The notes: a model not told the origin generated them from the sequence alone. A stretch of 64,000 nucleotides of DNA from Oopsacas minuta (GCA_024704765.1 JAKMXF010000210.1:1-64000), one strand, 5' to 3'. Counted from the first letter of the stretch, positions 35,601 to 46,719 are shown. A program made the numbers and translations.

Positions 35601-38600
35601 GATATGATAAATTTTGGTACTGCTGTTTCTGATATTGTGAGAGATTCATTTAGAGATATTGATGACGGATACCAAGTAGGCATAGCGGTAACTAACGTAG
35701 ACAATCGTTACGGTAAATGGGAGTGGCGATGTGATGATTTGCAGGATTGGCAGGATTTCATTGGAGACATTGTATTTGGAGTCCGTACACCATTCTATCC
35801 AATTCCTCTACGAGCTACTCTATTAGCTGGAGAGTGTACCATCCGATTCCTTCCTAACCTTAACTTTAATACAGAAAAGTACACCACTGGTCTACCACGT
35901 CCCTCAAATGACTTGCCATACATCTCAATACTAGCTTGGGATCTGACAACTGGAATATCCGGTACATACGGGGTAGACACTACATACCATAATTCTAGTG
36001 ACACGAATGAGTTCAGTCATTTCCCTTCTACTGCATACATCCATGTGATGTCAGTTAACGATCTTCCATCAGTACAGATATCTCAACAGGGAGTAACCTA
36101 TAGTACTATATTCAGAGAAGATGGTGGTATTGTAGCTATCGTAGAGCCAGCACAGGTATTTATAACTGATGCAGATCATAGCACGTTAGAATCAATAGAG
36201 ATTATTCTAGAACAAGTCTATGATGACGGCTATGAGAATATCTCATTGAGTCCAAACCCAGGAGTAGTTAAGATTGGAGATGAGGTATATGTTAATACAA
36301 CTGTCAATAATACGGAGAGATTAATTGTCACCTCAGGACAAATTGGTGATGTTTATCAATTTGTCCTCTCTAACCCAAATCCCTGGGAGAGAGGATCAGT
36401 TGCCGCCTACCAAACTGTAATACGTACTTTAGTTTATAATAATTATAATTCTGAACCGACTAATATGACAAGATTTATCAGATTCTATGTATCTGACGGG
36501 GAAGAAGTGAATAGCTATGCTTTAACTACCATATATGTAGAATTGATTGTTGAAAATATTCCAGTATTAAATTTGGGAATTTCTCAAATTACACTTACAG
36601 AAGATTTTATAGAATCTCGATCTATTGTATCCCAGAACCTGACTCTCACTGATATTGATCATAATGAATTCTTTTACATTATTTCCGCCAATATTTTCTT
36701 CGATCAAACACCAGAATCAATCCTTGAATATATTTCTATATCTTTGCCTTATACACCATGTAACATGAACAACAATACATTTTCTCCTAATATGAATCAG
36801 TCTAATTGTACTACATCTCCTCTAATATCTAGTTACGACCCAATACAAGGTAGGATTTCTATTAATGGACCTGCTTCCCTTGACGTGTACAGAGACACCT
36901 TGAAAACTGTTGTATACACGAACAGGATTGGTGAGCCGATTGATTTGGAGAAGATTATTATTTTCGAGGTTTTCGATACTAACAACTTAAAAAGCGATCC
37001 CGTATCTGTTCGTATTACAATTGAATTACGCAATGATCAGCCTCCTATCCTCACAGCTGGTGGCCTATATCAATACATTGAGCAGCAGCCTACTAATGCT
37101 TACTCCTTGTTTATTGGTGATAACATAACATACACAGATGCGGACAGTGGAAATGAACAACAGTACAGTGTAAGTATATCAATTACCAATCCTAGTGATG
37201 TCCCATATGAAATTCTATCTGCTAATCCTCCTTCAGCTAGCATAACAGTAGAGTATCATACACTAGATGTGATATACATGACAACTCAATTGGTGGAGAT
37301 ATGTACTAATGTTACTGACAATTCTACTACATCAACTGTGATAGATACTACTGGTAACACTACTACTCCTAGTAATATAACTACAAATATGATTGGGAAT
37401 AATACTAATACAACATCCTCTCCAACTACGCTACCTATTACCCCAGCACCTGTAGTGTTAAGATGTGAGAATGTGAGTGGGACTGTAAACATGACTAACA
37501 AAACAACAATATACACAGGACTTAATTTAGTAGGCCCTGCTTATATTTCAGAATTCTTAGAAGCTCTAACTACAGTAACGTATAGTAATGGAGCAGAAGA
37601 ACCTACTCCCACACCCAGAAGGGTGACCTTCCAGGCTAATGACATGAATCTGACTAGCAACCAAGCAGAGATTACTATCAGAATTTTGCTTACAAATGAT
37701 CTCCCTGTTGTTGATTTGAATGGGTTTATGATAGGAACACGTTTCATGGTTACGTTTGAAGAAGGTTCAGAACCTGTTCCTATTGTAGATTCATTGTCTA
37801 TGAGTATTTCTGATAACGATCATACAGGCTTAATTGGTGCTACAATTACTCTAAATACGATATATGATAAAGATATGGAAATATTATCTGTAAATACATT
37901 AGGGAGTAACTTGCTAGCTAACTACAACATGACTACTGGTATTCTATCTATTAGTGGTAATGCTAGTATTGAGACTTATCAGTCTGTTTTAAGAACTCTG
38001 ACTTATGTGAATCTAGATGCAGGACCTGGTGCTCCTAACCCACACATGAGAGAGATTACTGTCATTGTCTCAGACCCTGTAGACAGCTCAGTTCCTGCTT
38101 ACAGTGTCGTGACCTTCTTGTCTGTTAACGACCCTCCTTTCCTGGATCTGAATGGTAACTTGATAGGTGAGAATGCTACTGCTAATTTTATAGAGGAGGG
38201 AGAGAGAGTTAGAGTATTTTCTCCTGATGCTGTTATCATGGATGTAGACAATGGAACTCTTGCTAGTTTAGATATCTCAATTAACAATCCAGTTGATGGA
38301 GAATCAGAACGTATATTTATAAATCCAGATATTTACACATTGCTTAACCCCATGGGATCTATTCAGATTACAAACCATTCTATTGTATTGACAAACTTCC
38401 TTTCTACTAACAAATACATTATGGCTCTACAGAGCATATACTATGTGAATACATTGGATGAGCCTTCGTATGATACACGTTATGTCAGTGTAGTAGCTTC
38501 AGATGGTCTGTTGACTAATGCATTGAGTTATGTTGGTAGTATCACGATTCAACCTGTTAACGATCTTCCTCAATTCAGTTTCAATGCAGACCCAAATTCA

Positions 38601-41600
38601 TACGCTACATTCGAGGTTGTATACCAAGAGGATACAAACTCTATTCCTGTTGTTAATGTTGTGAGTACAGATTTCATTTTGATAGATGATGATGATCCTT
38701 TTCTGACAAGAATTATTATAGAGAGAAGTCCTGCGCCCGATGGAGATTATGAAAAGTTATTTTTCTTATCTTCAAATCCTATTCCTGGTCTCGGACACAC
38801 ATATCCACAGTGTCCTCTCCAATCGATTAGCAACCCACTCACTCTAGACATAACGGTATCTCTCACGTTAGAGGAATGGAGAACTGCACTCAGCACATTG
38901 AGTTATTGTAACATGGACCCCAACTCATTCGGTGGAGTACGTCAGGTTAAGATTGTGTTAGTAGACAGCAAGGGTGGTAGATCAGCTGTTCGCTACTCTA
39001 ATATAAACGTAATACCTATAAACGATCCCCCTCTGTTCACTGGTACTCCTCCTCTCGTTACGACAGATGAAGACAATTCTGTACAAATACAAGTATTGAG
39101 TAATTTCACTGATTATGAAGAAGTACTTACAGGTACTGCTATAGAAATAGTTACACAACCAGCTCGAGGTATTGTACAGGTTATCCAGCCTAGTGGGGTA
39201 ATACAGTATACTCCTGCATTGAATGATAATGGTATTGTAACGTTACAGTTTAGAGCATGTGATTCAGAAGCTAACTGTTCTCTGCCTATTACAGCTACTA
39301 TTATGATAACACCTATAAATGATCCTCCTACACCTGTTGGTAGTAATTTAATAGCAGTTGAAGAGGATGGAGAAGTACAAGTTAACCTACTGGACTATTT
39401 CACCGATGTTGAAGACACGCCAACTACTAATAACACTCGTGTTGTTGTGACACCTAGAGGGGGTAATTGGGAGTACAACATGGAGCAGGAAATATTTTTT
39501 TATTCTCCTAATCTGAACAGAATTGTAGATGATTCACTTGAATTTGAAGGTTGTGATAATGATGGATTGTGCATCAATATCACTCTCACTTTCAAAATTA
39601 CTCCGATTAATGATCTACCAATTATTACTATTAACTATCCAAACTTTATCTTTCCGGCAATGACAAATGAAGATACTCCTGTCAATATAAGTGTATCTAT
39701 TGAGGATGTAGAGGATAATGATGAGCTTGAAATACAAGTATTATCTGTAGAGAATGGAGGAGTTCGTGTATTCACATTATCTACAGTGATTCAACAAACT
39801 AACGTGTTTTTACAACTGATACACGTAGAGTATACACCTAATTCAAACTTCTATGGAGATGAAAGTATTGTGTTCTCTGCAACAGATAACGAGGGTGGAG
39901 TGAGTACACAAACTTTATTAATGAGGGTAATGTATATTAATGACCCTCCTACTATAGAGAATACTGTCATAACACTTGATGAGGATACAGCAATAGATTT
40001 GACTCTACCACAAGGACTCGGTATTTCTGATAGTGAATCTGTAATTACGTCACAGCAGATTGAGCTACTAACTGACCCAGACACTGTATTAGGAGATCTC
40101 TCATATAACAGTGATAATGGAATCCTATCTTACTCCCCATTGCCTAACTTCCATACAGATTCTATTGATTTTACTATTAGAGTTTGTGATACAGATACCG
40201 TAGATGAAATTCAGTGCTCAGAATTTGATATTACCATAATGATTAATTCAATTAATGATCCTCCTATTTTCATACCTTTCATCTTCTTCATTCGTGAAGA
40301 TTCATCAAACACTACTAATATACTTCCATACCTCAGAGATGTTGAAGATGTTACCTTGTCACCAGCTCGAATTAGCCTTACAGGACCTGCGCCATTCTTT
40401 GGAACAGCTGATTACAATACGGATACTGGTGATGTCATGTACACACCCGGTGATGATTTCTTTGGACAAGATTTCATCGATTTGAGGGTTTGTGACAGCA
40501 ACAATTTATGTAGCTCTATTCAACTAGAAGTATATGTTATTGGTGTGAATGACGCGCCTATGGCCGATGGACTTAGACATTTTAGTCCAGAGGATAGAAT
40601 AGATCTTGTTAATATTGCCACTATTGTAAGAGATGTTGATACGATACAGGACGTTCAGGCTATCCAATTGAGGATATCTATTGTAGAGATTGTTGATGGT
40701 AACATTACGCTAGTTGACGAGGGAGTTACAAATAAGAGTGGGGATATTCGAGTGTTCCAAGATGAAGGAGTTATATCTTACGAACCTCCGCCCAATTTCA
40801 TTGGTTATGACAAGTTTAAATTTGCAGTGTGTGATCACTGTGATGAGTCTAGAAATCCTGAATTAGGACGTACAACTCTAGAAGATATAGAGTGTCTTAA
40901 CCAAATAGAAGAGAATAATGGACAGAGTATTGATCCTCTTACAGGCTTGAGTATAGCCTGTTCTGTTGGTACTATTACTATTGTTGTTGTGAATAATAAT
41001 GATGTTCCTTTGTTGAGAGATATTTCTGCTGTCACAAACATAAACGAAGAAGTAGTTCTTGATCCTTTCGGGTCACAACTACTCTTCGATGATATGGATT
41101 TATTCGTATATGATGAAGACGATAGTCAAGCTGCGTATGCTCTATCTCAAGGATTTGATTTGAATGAACTTGTTCTATCCAATAGCAGCAATATCGATAC
41201 AGGAGTAATTGGAATACTGAGCTCGCCTATAGGAGGGAATGCAGTAATCTCAGGCACAGATAGAGTCTACATGACATACACCCCATTCAATAACTTTATA
41301 GGTTATGACGAATTCTTGTATGAAGTATGTGATATCTCTCCTATATCAGCATGTGGTAATGCTATCGCTAGGGTATTCGTGTCTAGTTCAGGGCCTCATA
41401 TCGATATGCTAGTTGTCTCTGGTTCTCAAGATCTCCCTGACTCTAAAGTATCAAGGGGAGACACGATAACAATTTCATTCTCTGAGCCTACTAATCAACC
41501 TCCTCAAGAAGGGAAAGATAGCATGGAAAAATTCTGCGGATCAGCTGTTGATCAAGTTATTACCTTCGACTCCCCCTTTATAGACTCTACAATATTCCCT

Positions 41601-44194
41601 AATGCATATTGTGCCAGATGGGATGACCCAACTACCCTTATAGTCTCGATAATAGACCGCGGGTACCCTGAACCTGATCCGAAAATCGGTCAATGGATAG
41701 TGAGTGTTACGCAAGATCCTTCTAGAATTTGTTCTGGGTTTGATTCGAACCATCAACGTTTCGATGAAAACGGAGTAAATACGAATTGTTTATTCAATGC
41801 TGATTCTACCTCAGCACACTCTATTTCCAGTTCCCCTCCAGCTACTGGAGATTGGGGCTTGATCTTACCTAGAGTTCTTAATGCGATTATTCAGAACATT
41901 AACATAAGGGGAGATGGGACTCTTGCCTCACTATCTCAGTCAATTCAACCAGGAACTTCAATTAAAATTCATTTAAGTGAACCATTCTCTTCCTCACAAT
42001 TATTACTATACTGTCAAATACCAATAAGCGATTTACTGAACTTTCAAATTTTATTCGCTGGAACTAGAATGACTCTACAAGCATGTTCCAATCTATTGGC
42101 TGATGGTAGTAACGCAGATCAAGTGTACAATGAAAGGGATCCTTCCTCTCTATCCTCGCTGGGTTTCCCAATGTTGTCTGAGCTTATCTTCGAGGTAATT
42201 TCATTGGACCCAAGATTAATAGAAGAAACTCAAAATTCTAATCAAATGCTGTCAAGGTTCCTGCAAGCAGTACGTCAGGCACCAATTGCAAAGGTAGTTG
42301 AAGAAACATTAAATGTCAAAATAGATGTTCCACCCGATGCAGTCGTAGGACAGATAGGAACTATCAATCCTATCACAGAAAATGTAGACGTTAACACACC
42401 AACTGTCATAAGCGCTGTAGCTTCAGATCCTGATAATTTCGATAATGTATATTCCAACTTTGACGTAATAAGGATTACATTTTCTGTTGCTACTAATGAA
42501 CCAGCTGTTGGGAGTAAGGATGACATGGATAAGATATTTATATTCACTCCAACTTTAGGTGTAAACTATTTGGGTGCTTGGGAGACCAGTAGTATTCTTC
42601 TAGTTATAATAATTGATTCATCTCGTCCTGAAGTGAATGGAACTGAACCGACTATAGCTAATCTAATGCTGGAGTTTTTACCGAATTATCTTAACAATGA
42701 GACTATAGTCCTTTCCTCTAGTATAACGTCAGACAAATTTCATTGTATCGGGGATAATGTGTGCTCTACCTCTTCAACAGCTATTACAATAGGTGTGTGT
42801 GATTCAACCAAGACTTCTTGTAGAGCAAATACTCCATTCACAGCATTTTCTGGGGATTTTGGTACTGCTACTGGAGTAGCTGATAACCCTATTGGAATAA
42901 TTGCTGGTACTTCTGTGGCAGTTATAATAGTGATTGTTGTCCTTGCTGTGATTATTCTTTTGCTTCTATTGTACTATTGCTACAAACGTGTACAGGAAAA
43001 GAGAGACAGAGACAAGGCTCTCGCTCTTGTTCGTAGTTGGAAGCAGAAACAGAAGGCACACAGTGAACAACAGAAGAAAACTTCTATGTTGGGAGTTGAT
43101 GAATCTTGGAAGAGTCCTTCTACCATGCCTCTTATGAGAGGAAACGTAGATCCCTTCTCTTCCACAGCTCCTAAACTCAGTATGGGGAGTGGAGCCTTTA
43201 TATCTCCTACTCCTTATGAACCTTTCCAACCCAGGGCGTATCCCTCTATCCTGGATTCTTCTCTTGGTTATCCTACTGTAGGCTCTGCTCTACCACCAAT
43301 TACACTCAGAACCGTAAGTTACTTTTTAGTTTACATTCAGTCAAATTCGGATAAGACACACTCCATTGGGAAACATAAATTTGTACGTACTCACTACCGT
43401 ATTATCCGAGTGTACGTCTTACTCATATAACAACATATTAGGGGTTCTACATACGAATGTCAACAAACTATTTCCAGTTTGATCACAATTTCTAATACGT
43501 ATTGAAATGAAATGAATATCGTTTGAGTCAGATTTTCAGGATTGACCACGTACATACTTACTTAATTTATTAAATGTAATTATGTTTTATTTACTTTTTA
43601 TATCTCCAGCCTCAACCAGATGGCTTCATGCTACCCGCGGTCTCTCCTGCTCCTCTCTCAATCCCACCTGTCATAGGCCCCATTCGTCCTGCCCCTGGCT
43701 TGCCTCCTATCAAACCACCAGCTACAATGCGATCCCAGTTCCCTATGGAGGGTTCCAAGCCCGGACCAATCCCAGGCATGTTAATTCCGTCCCGTCTTCC
43801 TACGATGGACCAAACTCCTACCTCTCTTCCACCACTGGTACAACCGAAATCCAAATTCCCCGACCTCGGGAAACGGCACATACGGAGCTCTGATGTCCTC
43901 ACCACTACAACAACAGAAGGTACCACTACTGAGACGACTGAGGGGTCTACAGAGAGTGTATCAGGATCAAGTGTTCCTCCCCCCAAAACTATTGGACTTG
44001 GAATGCCCTCTCGAAAGACTGGGGTAGACCCTTACTCATCTAAACCACTCAGTCCTATTCCAGGTTTGGGAATGAGAGCCTTTGATGTTACCCCAATCCT
44101 GGCTACTCCTCTGATACCTACCAGTCCTCAGAAGCCTCCGACTAAGCCAACTGATCAAGATGATGAGGGACCGACCTCAGAAACTACTGAATAG
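17619..44194 (+). CDS. Giant (~6,624 aa) type I transmembrane adhesion-like glycoprotein, 11 exons
   Basis: Exons 17619-17670, 17733-18110, 18500-18693, 18763-18959, 19206-19496, 19557-19872, 19936-20164, 24832-24971, 25078-25385, 26129-43313, 43610-44194. All introns are GT-AG, phases 1,1,0,2,2,0,1,0,2,0 match, total 19,875 nt. Signal peptide MRLFLLTCVIVFCFIQL; TM IIAGTSVAVIIVIVVLAVIILLLLLYYCY (~42897-42978). The exon 8 donor could alternatively be 24956/57. Confidence 0.8.
19055..19123 (+). mobile_element. Possible Helentron/HINE-like relic in intron 4 of the giant gene
   Basis: GACGGACAGACGGACG micro-repeat followed by the imperfect palindrome CTCCCTATAGGAG and CACTAAAAA, an arrangement resembling HINE 3' ends. 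Confidence 0.3.
21074..22372 (+). CDS. Cytochrome P450 (CYP26/CYP120-like), 432 aa, no N-terminal TM anchor, nested in intron 7 of the giant gene
   Basis: PGKFGFPLLGD start, GPIFKTRI, ExxR (EVQR), PERW, heme motif FGGGERTCLG. In-frame stop at 21017-21019 with no ATG between it and 21074. Confidence 0.92.
   Translation: MNIPGKFGFPLLGDQSISFVQDPIGFVNNQVKLYGPIFKTRIINKPFVFVTSQSGVREILEEKSDCFERNYEAFLAGLFEMNIAFVDGPAYTRIHELVKPGFSSDMLRKYREDISRITLQFLSELDSSAPFDLYQTMKQVITEICIFLFIGIERNDPVYLRTKELLIEHWHGLISIPLPIRVPLLFSSGYDKAMLAKEQLISLLRHRLAEPCELRRGVLSAVDVSMFESVDEAANNFLLFVTAVIPKAITSLLVSCCLQMYSPENKHILDASGDERYFDAVLKEVQRLFPPFLGGWRNVRANVVINGFEIPKDYGVVYMAYHVHRDPLIFPEADKFIPERWLCEETREAKLWTFGGGERTCLGKHLSQMIISECVVALRNNFVCEIVPGQNLTYKWLPVSRPVNGVMVAMKRYINIVDRPLITSEKVNSEKD
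22620..22734 (-). mobile_element. Short MITE relic related to the element at 25780-25878
   Basis: Reverse complement of 22700-22734 CATGGCCGTAGGAGATGGTCCGGTTGGTCAAATT resembles TAGGGCCGTAGCCACTGGTCAGGTTGGTCAAGTT. Confidence 0.4.
23060..24067 (+). CDS. RING + TRAF/Sina-type zinc finger + coiled coil + two RanBP2/NZF-like zinc fingers, 335 aa, nested in intron 7
   Basis: C3HC4 RING CMCC..SCGHSVCRTC..SCFIC; CPFVATCEWMG...HFSIC; C-terminal WRCLHCCLDNPVANKICQVC and CNNCRSPNNSTDVACNNC; no MATH domain. Confidence 0.85.
   Translation: MAQKGIEAGKRYPDLDVFSMLILVKGPKGELGGFTPRFFIQKITERCMCCYGVPRSPYSASCGHSVCRTCLFNFVLTSHNPSCFICQTPMLKEECYPDLPLSRRVNQLEIRCPFVATCEWMGLVEHLRTHFSICAGVNGLFRSWMESIQAFLSNLQNRSSLLERRVDQLEMQIRKHQGICQQRYIEQDGRSKHLTGQLIHLREQCQVQPKNAEIDPELEDGILKSKILLEIFAALALDIQEEEQKAAEVPEIPPSPPQPAHIIPPPQPRLIRRESLDTWRCLHCCLDNPVANKICQVCYRTHDAQVGLEVNRICNNCRSPNNSTDVACNNCNIPL
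24300..24644 (+). CDS. Small single-pass membrane protein (114 aa), possibly mitochondrial, nested in intron 7
   Basis: ATG 24300; basic, acid-free N-terminus MFRIINLIQYGIRKSFSK; hydrophobic LLIVYFVAFLSMVYYV; charged helical tail ELEEEARRKAEKEEK. Confidence 0.6.
   Translation: MFRIINLIQYGIRKSFSKTNSPQKIVQMDPPISLSKSKVPKITLEDTLHNMGIRPKPQPKNHTFKLLIVYFVAFLSMVYYVRDMAPSTENASRIYMELEEEARRKAEKEEKDNS
25537..25558. repeat. Perfect 22-bp palindrome ACGTATAATACGTATTATACGT in intron 9
   Basis: The sequence equals its own reverse complement; half-sites recur at ~25740, ~25763 and ~25882. Confidence 0.85.
25780..25878. mobile_element. ~100-bp MITE with 14-bp TIRs (hAT-like ends) in intron 9
   Basis: AGGGCCGTAGCCAC (25780-25793) and GTGGCTACGGCCCT (25865-25878) are perfect inverted repeats; internal GGTCAGGTTGG motifs; ATTAT occurs on both flanks. 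Confidence 0.7.
26129..43313 (+). CDS. Exon 10 of the giant gene (17,185 bp): P domains, ~32 xNDxP-linked repeats, RGD region, TM helix, start of cytoplasmic tail
   Basis: Uninterrupted ORF (track 26163-43430). Acceptor TTCTCAG at 26128 and donor ACC|GTAAGT at 43313/43314. P domain: IDHSWIGDITLEL...FSGSNINGVWTLHVID. Repeats end VNDAP/VNDSP/INDPP. Confidence 0.93.
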
Positions 44195-44284
44195 GCTCTA
44201 TCTATACTTTTATTTTATATTTTCGTATAAGTAACAATTTTCTAGGATTATACATATGCTCCTTGCTGACTTTCAGCTAACTTT
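44167..44284 (+). repeat. ~118-bp segment (last codons + 3' UTR of the giant gene) with a diverged copy at 47788-47903
   Basis: GGGACCGACC..CTACTGAATAGGCTCTATCTAT...GGATTATA...TTGCTGACTTTCAGCTAACTTT vs GGGATCGACC..CTACTAAATAGGCTCTATCTAT...GGATTATA...TTGCTGACTTTCAGGTAACTTT. Confidence 0.8.
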
Positions 44285-44859
44285 CGAGCTTTCCTTATGT
44301 TTTTACAACTTTTTATTATGTTTATCTATTTATTAAATTTATTTATACTTAATTGTAGATTTGTAGGTTGTAGTTGTGTAGCATTACAGCCGAACGTAAA
44401 TTCTATCCCTAACAGCTCTGTTGATAACACAGTATTTTTAGTAGATGGCTGTGTTTAGATTTGTGGACAATTTTCTCTTTAGATAAATAAAATTTATGAT
44501 TCATTACTCATGTCATCAGGAGGAGTTACTCTGATGCGATTATTCAGTATAAGCATTTCTCATATCCTTATTCATCTACGAACGTGACCAGTAATTTCTT
44601 TGCTTGTCATAAACACATAATATATTCACACAAGTGTTAGTTAATATATTCCATAGTGAACAGCTATAATTTGTATCAGTTTTATTCCAACAAATTATAT
44701 GTATTTGTAAACCACCTAATTTACCAAAACCTCTCCTAAAGCCCTGAGTGTCTAGCATAATTCTGTTCACCTTTGTAGTGTCATAGTAAACGCTATTCTC
44801 AGTAAAATTGTCTTTTTTCGTTGAAACTGAAGTAAGGAAGTTCCCCTAACCCAACAAGC

Positions 44860-45912
44860 ATGTCAACTAAAGCAGATGAGTTAAGTGATGTGGTTAGGAA
44901 TTGGATAATCCCTTACACTCCTGGACTATTAACAGAAGAAGAATTAGATCAGTTCTTCTTAGAAGGCTACGTAGTGAAGCATGATCTATTCACAAAAGAG
45001 GAGCTACAGCCTTCTATCACAGAAATTGAGAATTTAGTAGACAATCTAGCAAATTTGCTTTTCAGAGCAGGAAAGATAAAAAATGTTTGCAAAGATTCAG
45101 GTTTCTACGATCGGTTGATTCGGTTAGAAGAACAGTTTCCAGATGCCTCTGTTCTTCTCCACAAAACTGAAGTATTTCCTCCAGCATTTTGTGCTTTGAA
45201 TGGACATCCAAAGTTGTTATCAATCGCGAAACAAATCATAGGTCCTGAAGTAGGTGCACATCCCGTATGGAACTTGAGAACTAAAACGCCCCAAAAAGAA
45301 GAGACAGTAGTACCATGGCATCAAGACGCCGCGTACATGAGTAAGGACTGTTGGAAAGATCTCCAACTGACTGCTTGGATTCCTCTGATAGACGCAACAA
45401 CTAAAAACGGTTGTATGCAGATGGTCCCAGGCGGTCACAAATCTGGGAAGGTTATTACCCATACAGGATGTCCAGGGGAGACCTGGTACATTGAGATACC
45501 ACCTGGTGCAGCTGTCAAAGAGGTTGATATTGACATGGATAAGCATGCTGTAACATGTGAAATGAAGATGGGATCAGTGTTATTATTTAACAGTCTCCTG
45601 CCTCATCGTAGTGTACCAAATACGAGTACTGACACTAGATGGAGTCTAGATCTGCGTTTATGTAATCCGAAACTTCCTACTGGTGTTTTTGGTATGAAAG
45701 AGTCTCTCCCTCTCTGTACCGGAGGTAAGGACTTATCCCCTGACTGGGAGAAGTGGGCTAACTTAGGAAGAACTTCTTTACAAAATGAGTATGTTTCTTC
45801 TGGTGCTAGCAGCGAGAATGATGAGCTAGACCCCACTATATGTGGACCATGGATGTATCAGTGGGAAATCACACACCACAACAGACATACTGCCAAACTC
45901 TCGGTCAAATAA
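44860..45912 (+). CDS. PhyH-family Fe(II)/2-oxoglutarate dioxygenase (PHYHD1-like), copy 1, 350 aa
   Basis: HxD in VPWHQD, LTAWIPLIDATTKNGCMQMVPGGH, distal His in LLPHRS, RWSLDLR. Confidence 0.92.
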   Translation: MSTKADELSDVVRNWIIPYTPGLLTEEELDQFFLEGYVVKHDLFTKEELQPSITEIENLVDNLANLLFRAGKIKNVCKDSGFYDRLIRLEEQFPDASVLLHKTEVFPPAFCALNGHPKLLSIAKQIIGPEVGAHPVWNLRTKTPQKEETVVPWHQDAAYMSKDCWKDLQLTAWIPLIDATTKNGCMQMVPGGHKSGKVITHTGCPGETWYIEIPPGAAVKEVDIDMDKHAVTCEMKMGSVLLFNSLLPHRSVPNTSTDTRWSLDLRLCNPKLPTGVFGMKESLPLCTGGKDLSPDWEKWANLGRTSLQNEYVSSGASSENDELDPTICGPWMYQWEITHHNRHTAKLSVK

Positions 45913-46719
45913 GGTTGGAATAGTTACGGTAAATTATCGCTTTTCTATTATTTATTTTCTTCATAATAATTATATTTTAAATAGTTTTATTTATTCTAAA
46001 TGCTTAATTTCAGAATTATCATGAAACGGGTTCTAAGTTCTCTCGCTAAACTGACGAGAAAGTATAATAATGTTATCTCCTGTTATATCGAACACGGAGG
46101 GAGAGATTTATGTACAGAGACATTTGTGCCTTGTATGTTGTTCCAGGATTTTTAACTATTCGAGCAATTCATGTTAAGTTCCTATGATAATGAAGTGTAA
46201 ATTGACAAAATTGGTAGGTGTATGGAAATTTGGAGTAAATATGTGTGGTTGAAAAATCATGGATTATTCCTTGACCACAACAAGTTCTCGTTGGCCGTTA
46301 CCCTATTTTGGGTAATTTACCCCATGCTGTGAATTACTGCAATAGTGCATCTCCCAAATACCCCATTTTTATGAGGAAGATAATTGTAAGCAGTTGTAAA
46401 TAACAAAACATATAAATGTATAGCAGGTTGTGTTAGCTTGATTAGTTCTAAAATTAGTTCAACATTACAAATTAGAAAAGATAGAATATATTAAGAGAAA
46501 TATCTAATATAGTTCTTTCCATGTTTCATGTAGTAGTAGTACAAATTAATCAAGGATGTTTACTTGTAGCGTAACACGGTTGAAACCGATCACCTTTTCC
46601 ATGATGTGGCCCGCCTGTCTATCTGTCAATGACGTTCGCGAGTACTGATTGTAGAGAACTCTATTCCTACTAAATATTGTTTATTCAGGTAGTGATAATA
46701 TTCATACCATAACTACAGA

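Noticed and set aside
43314-43430. C-terminus VSYFLVYIQ...VLLI of the 5755-aa track ORF
   Set aside because: Begins at a consensus GTAAGT donor and is AT-rich; a phase-matched exon follows at 43610, so this is intron read-through.
27200-43986. Numerous 60-125 aa ORFs on the minus strand or alternative frames over the giant gene
   Set aside because: Shadow ORFs of a long coding frame poor in antisense stops; no recognisable motifs.
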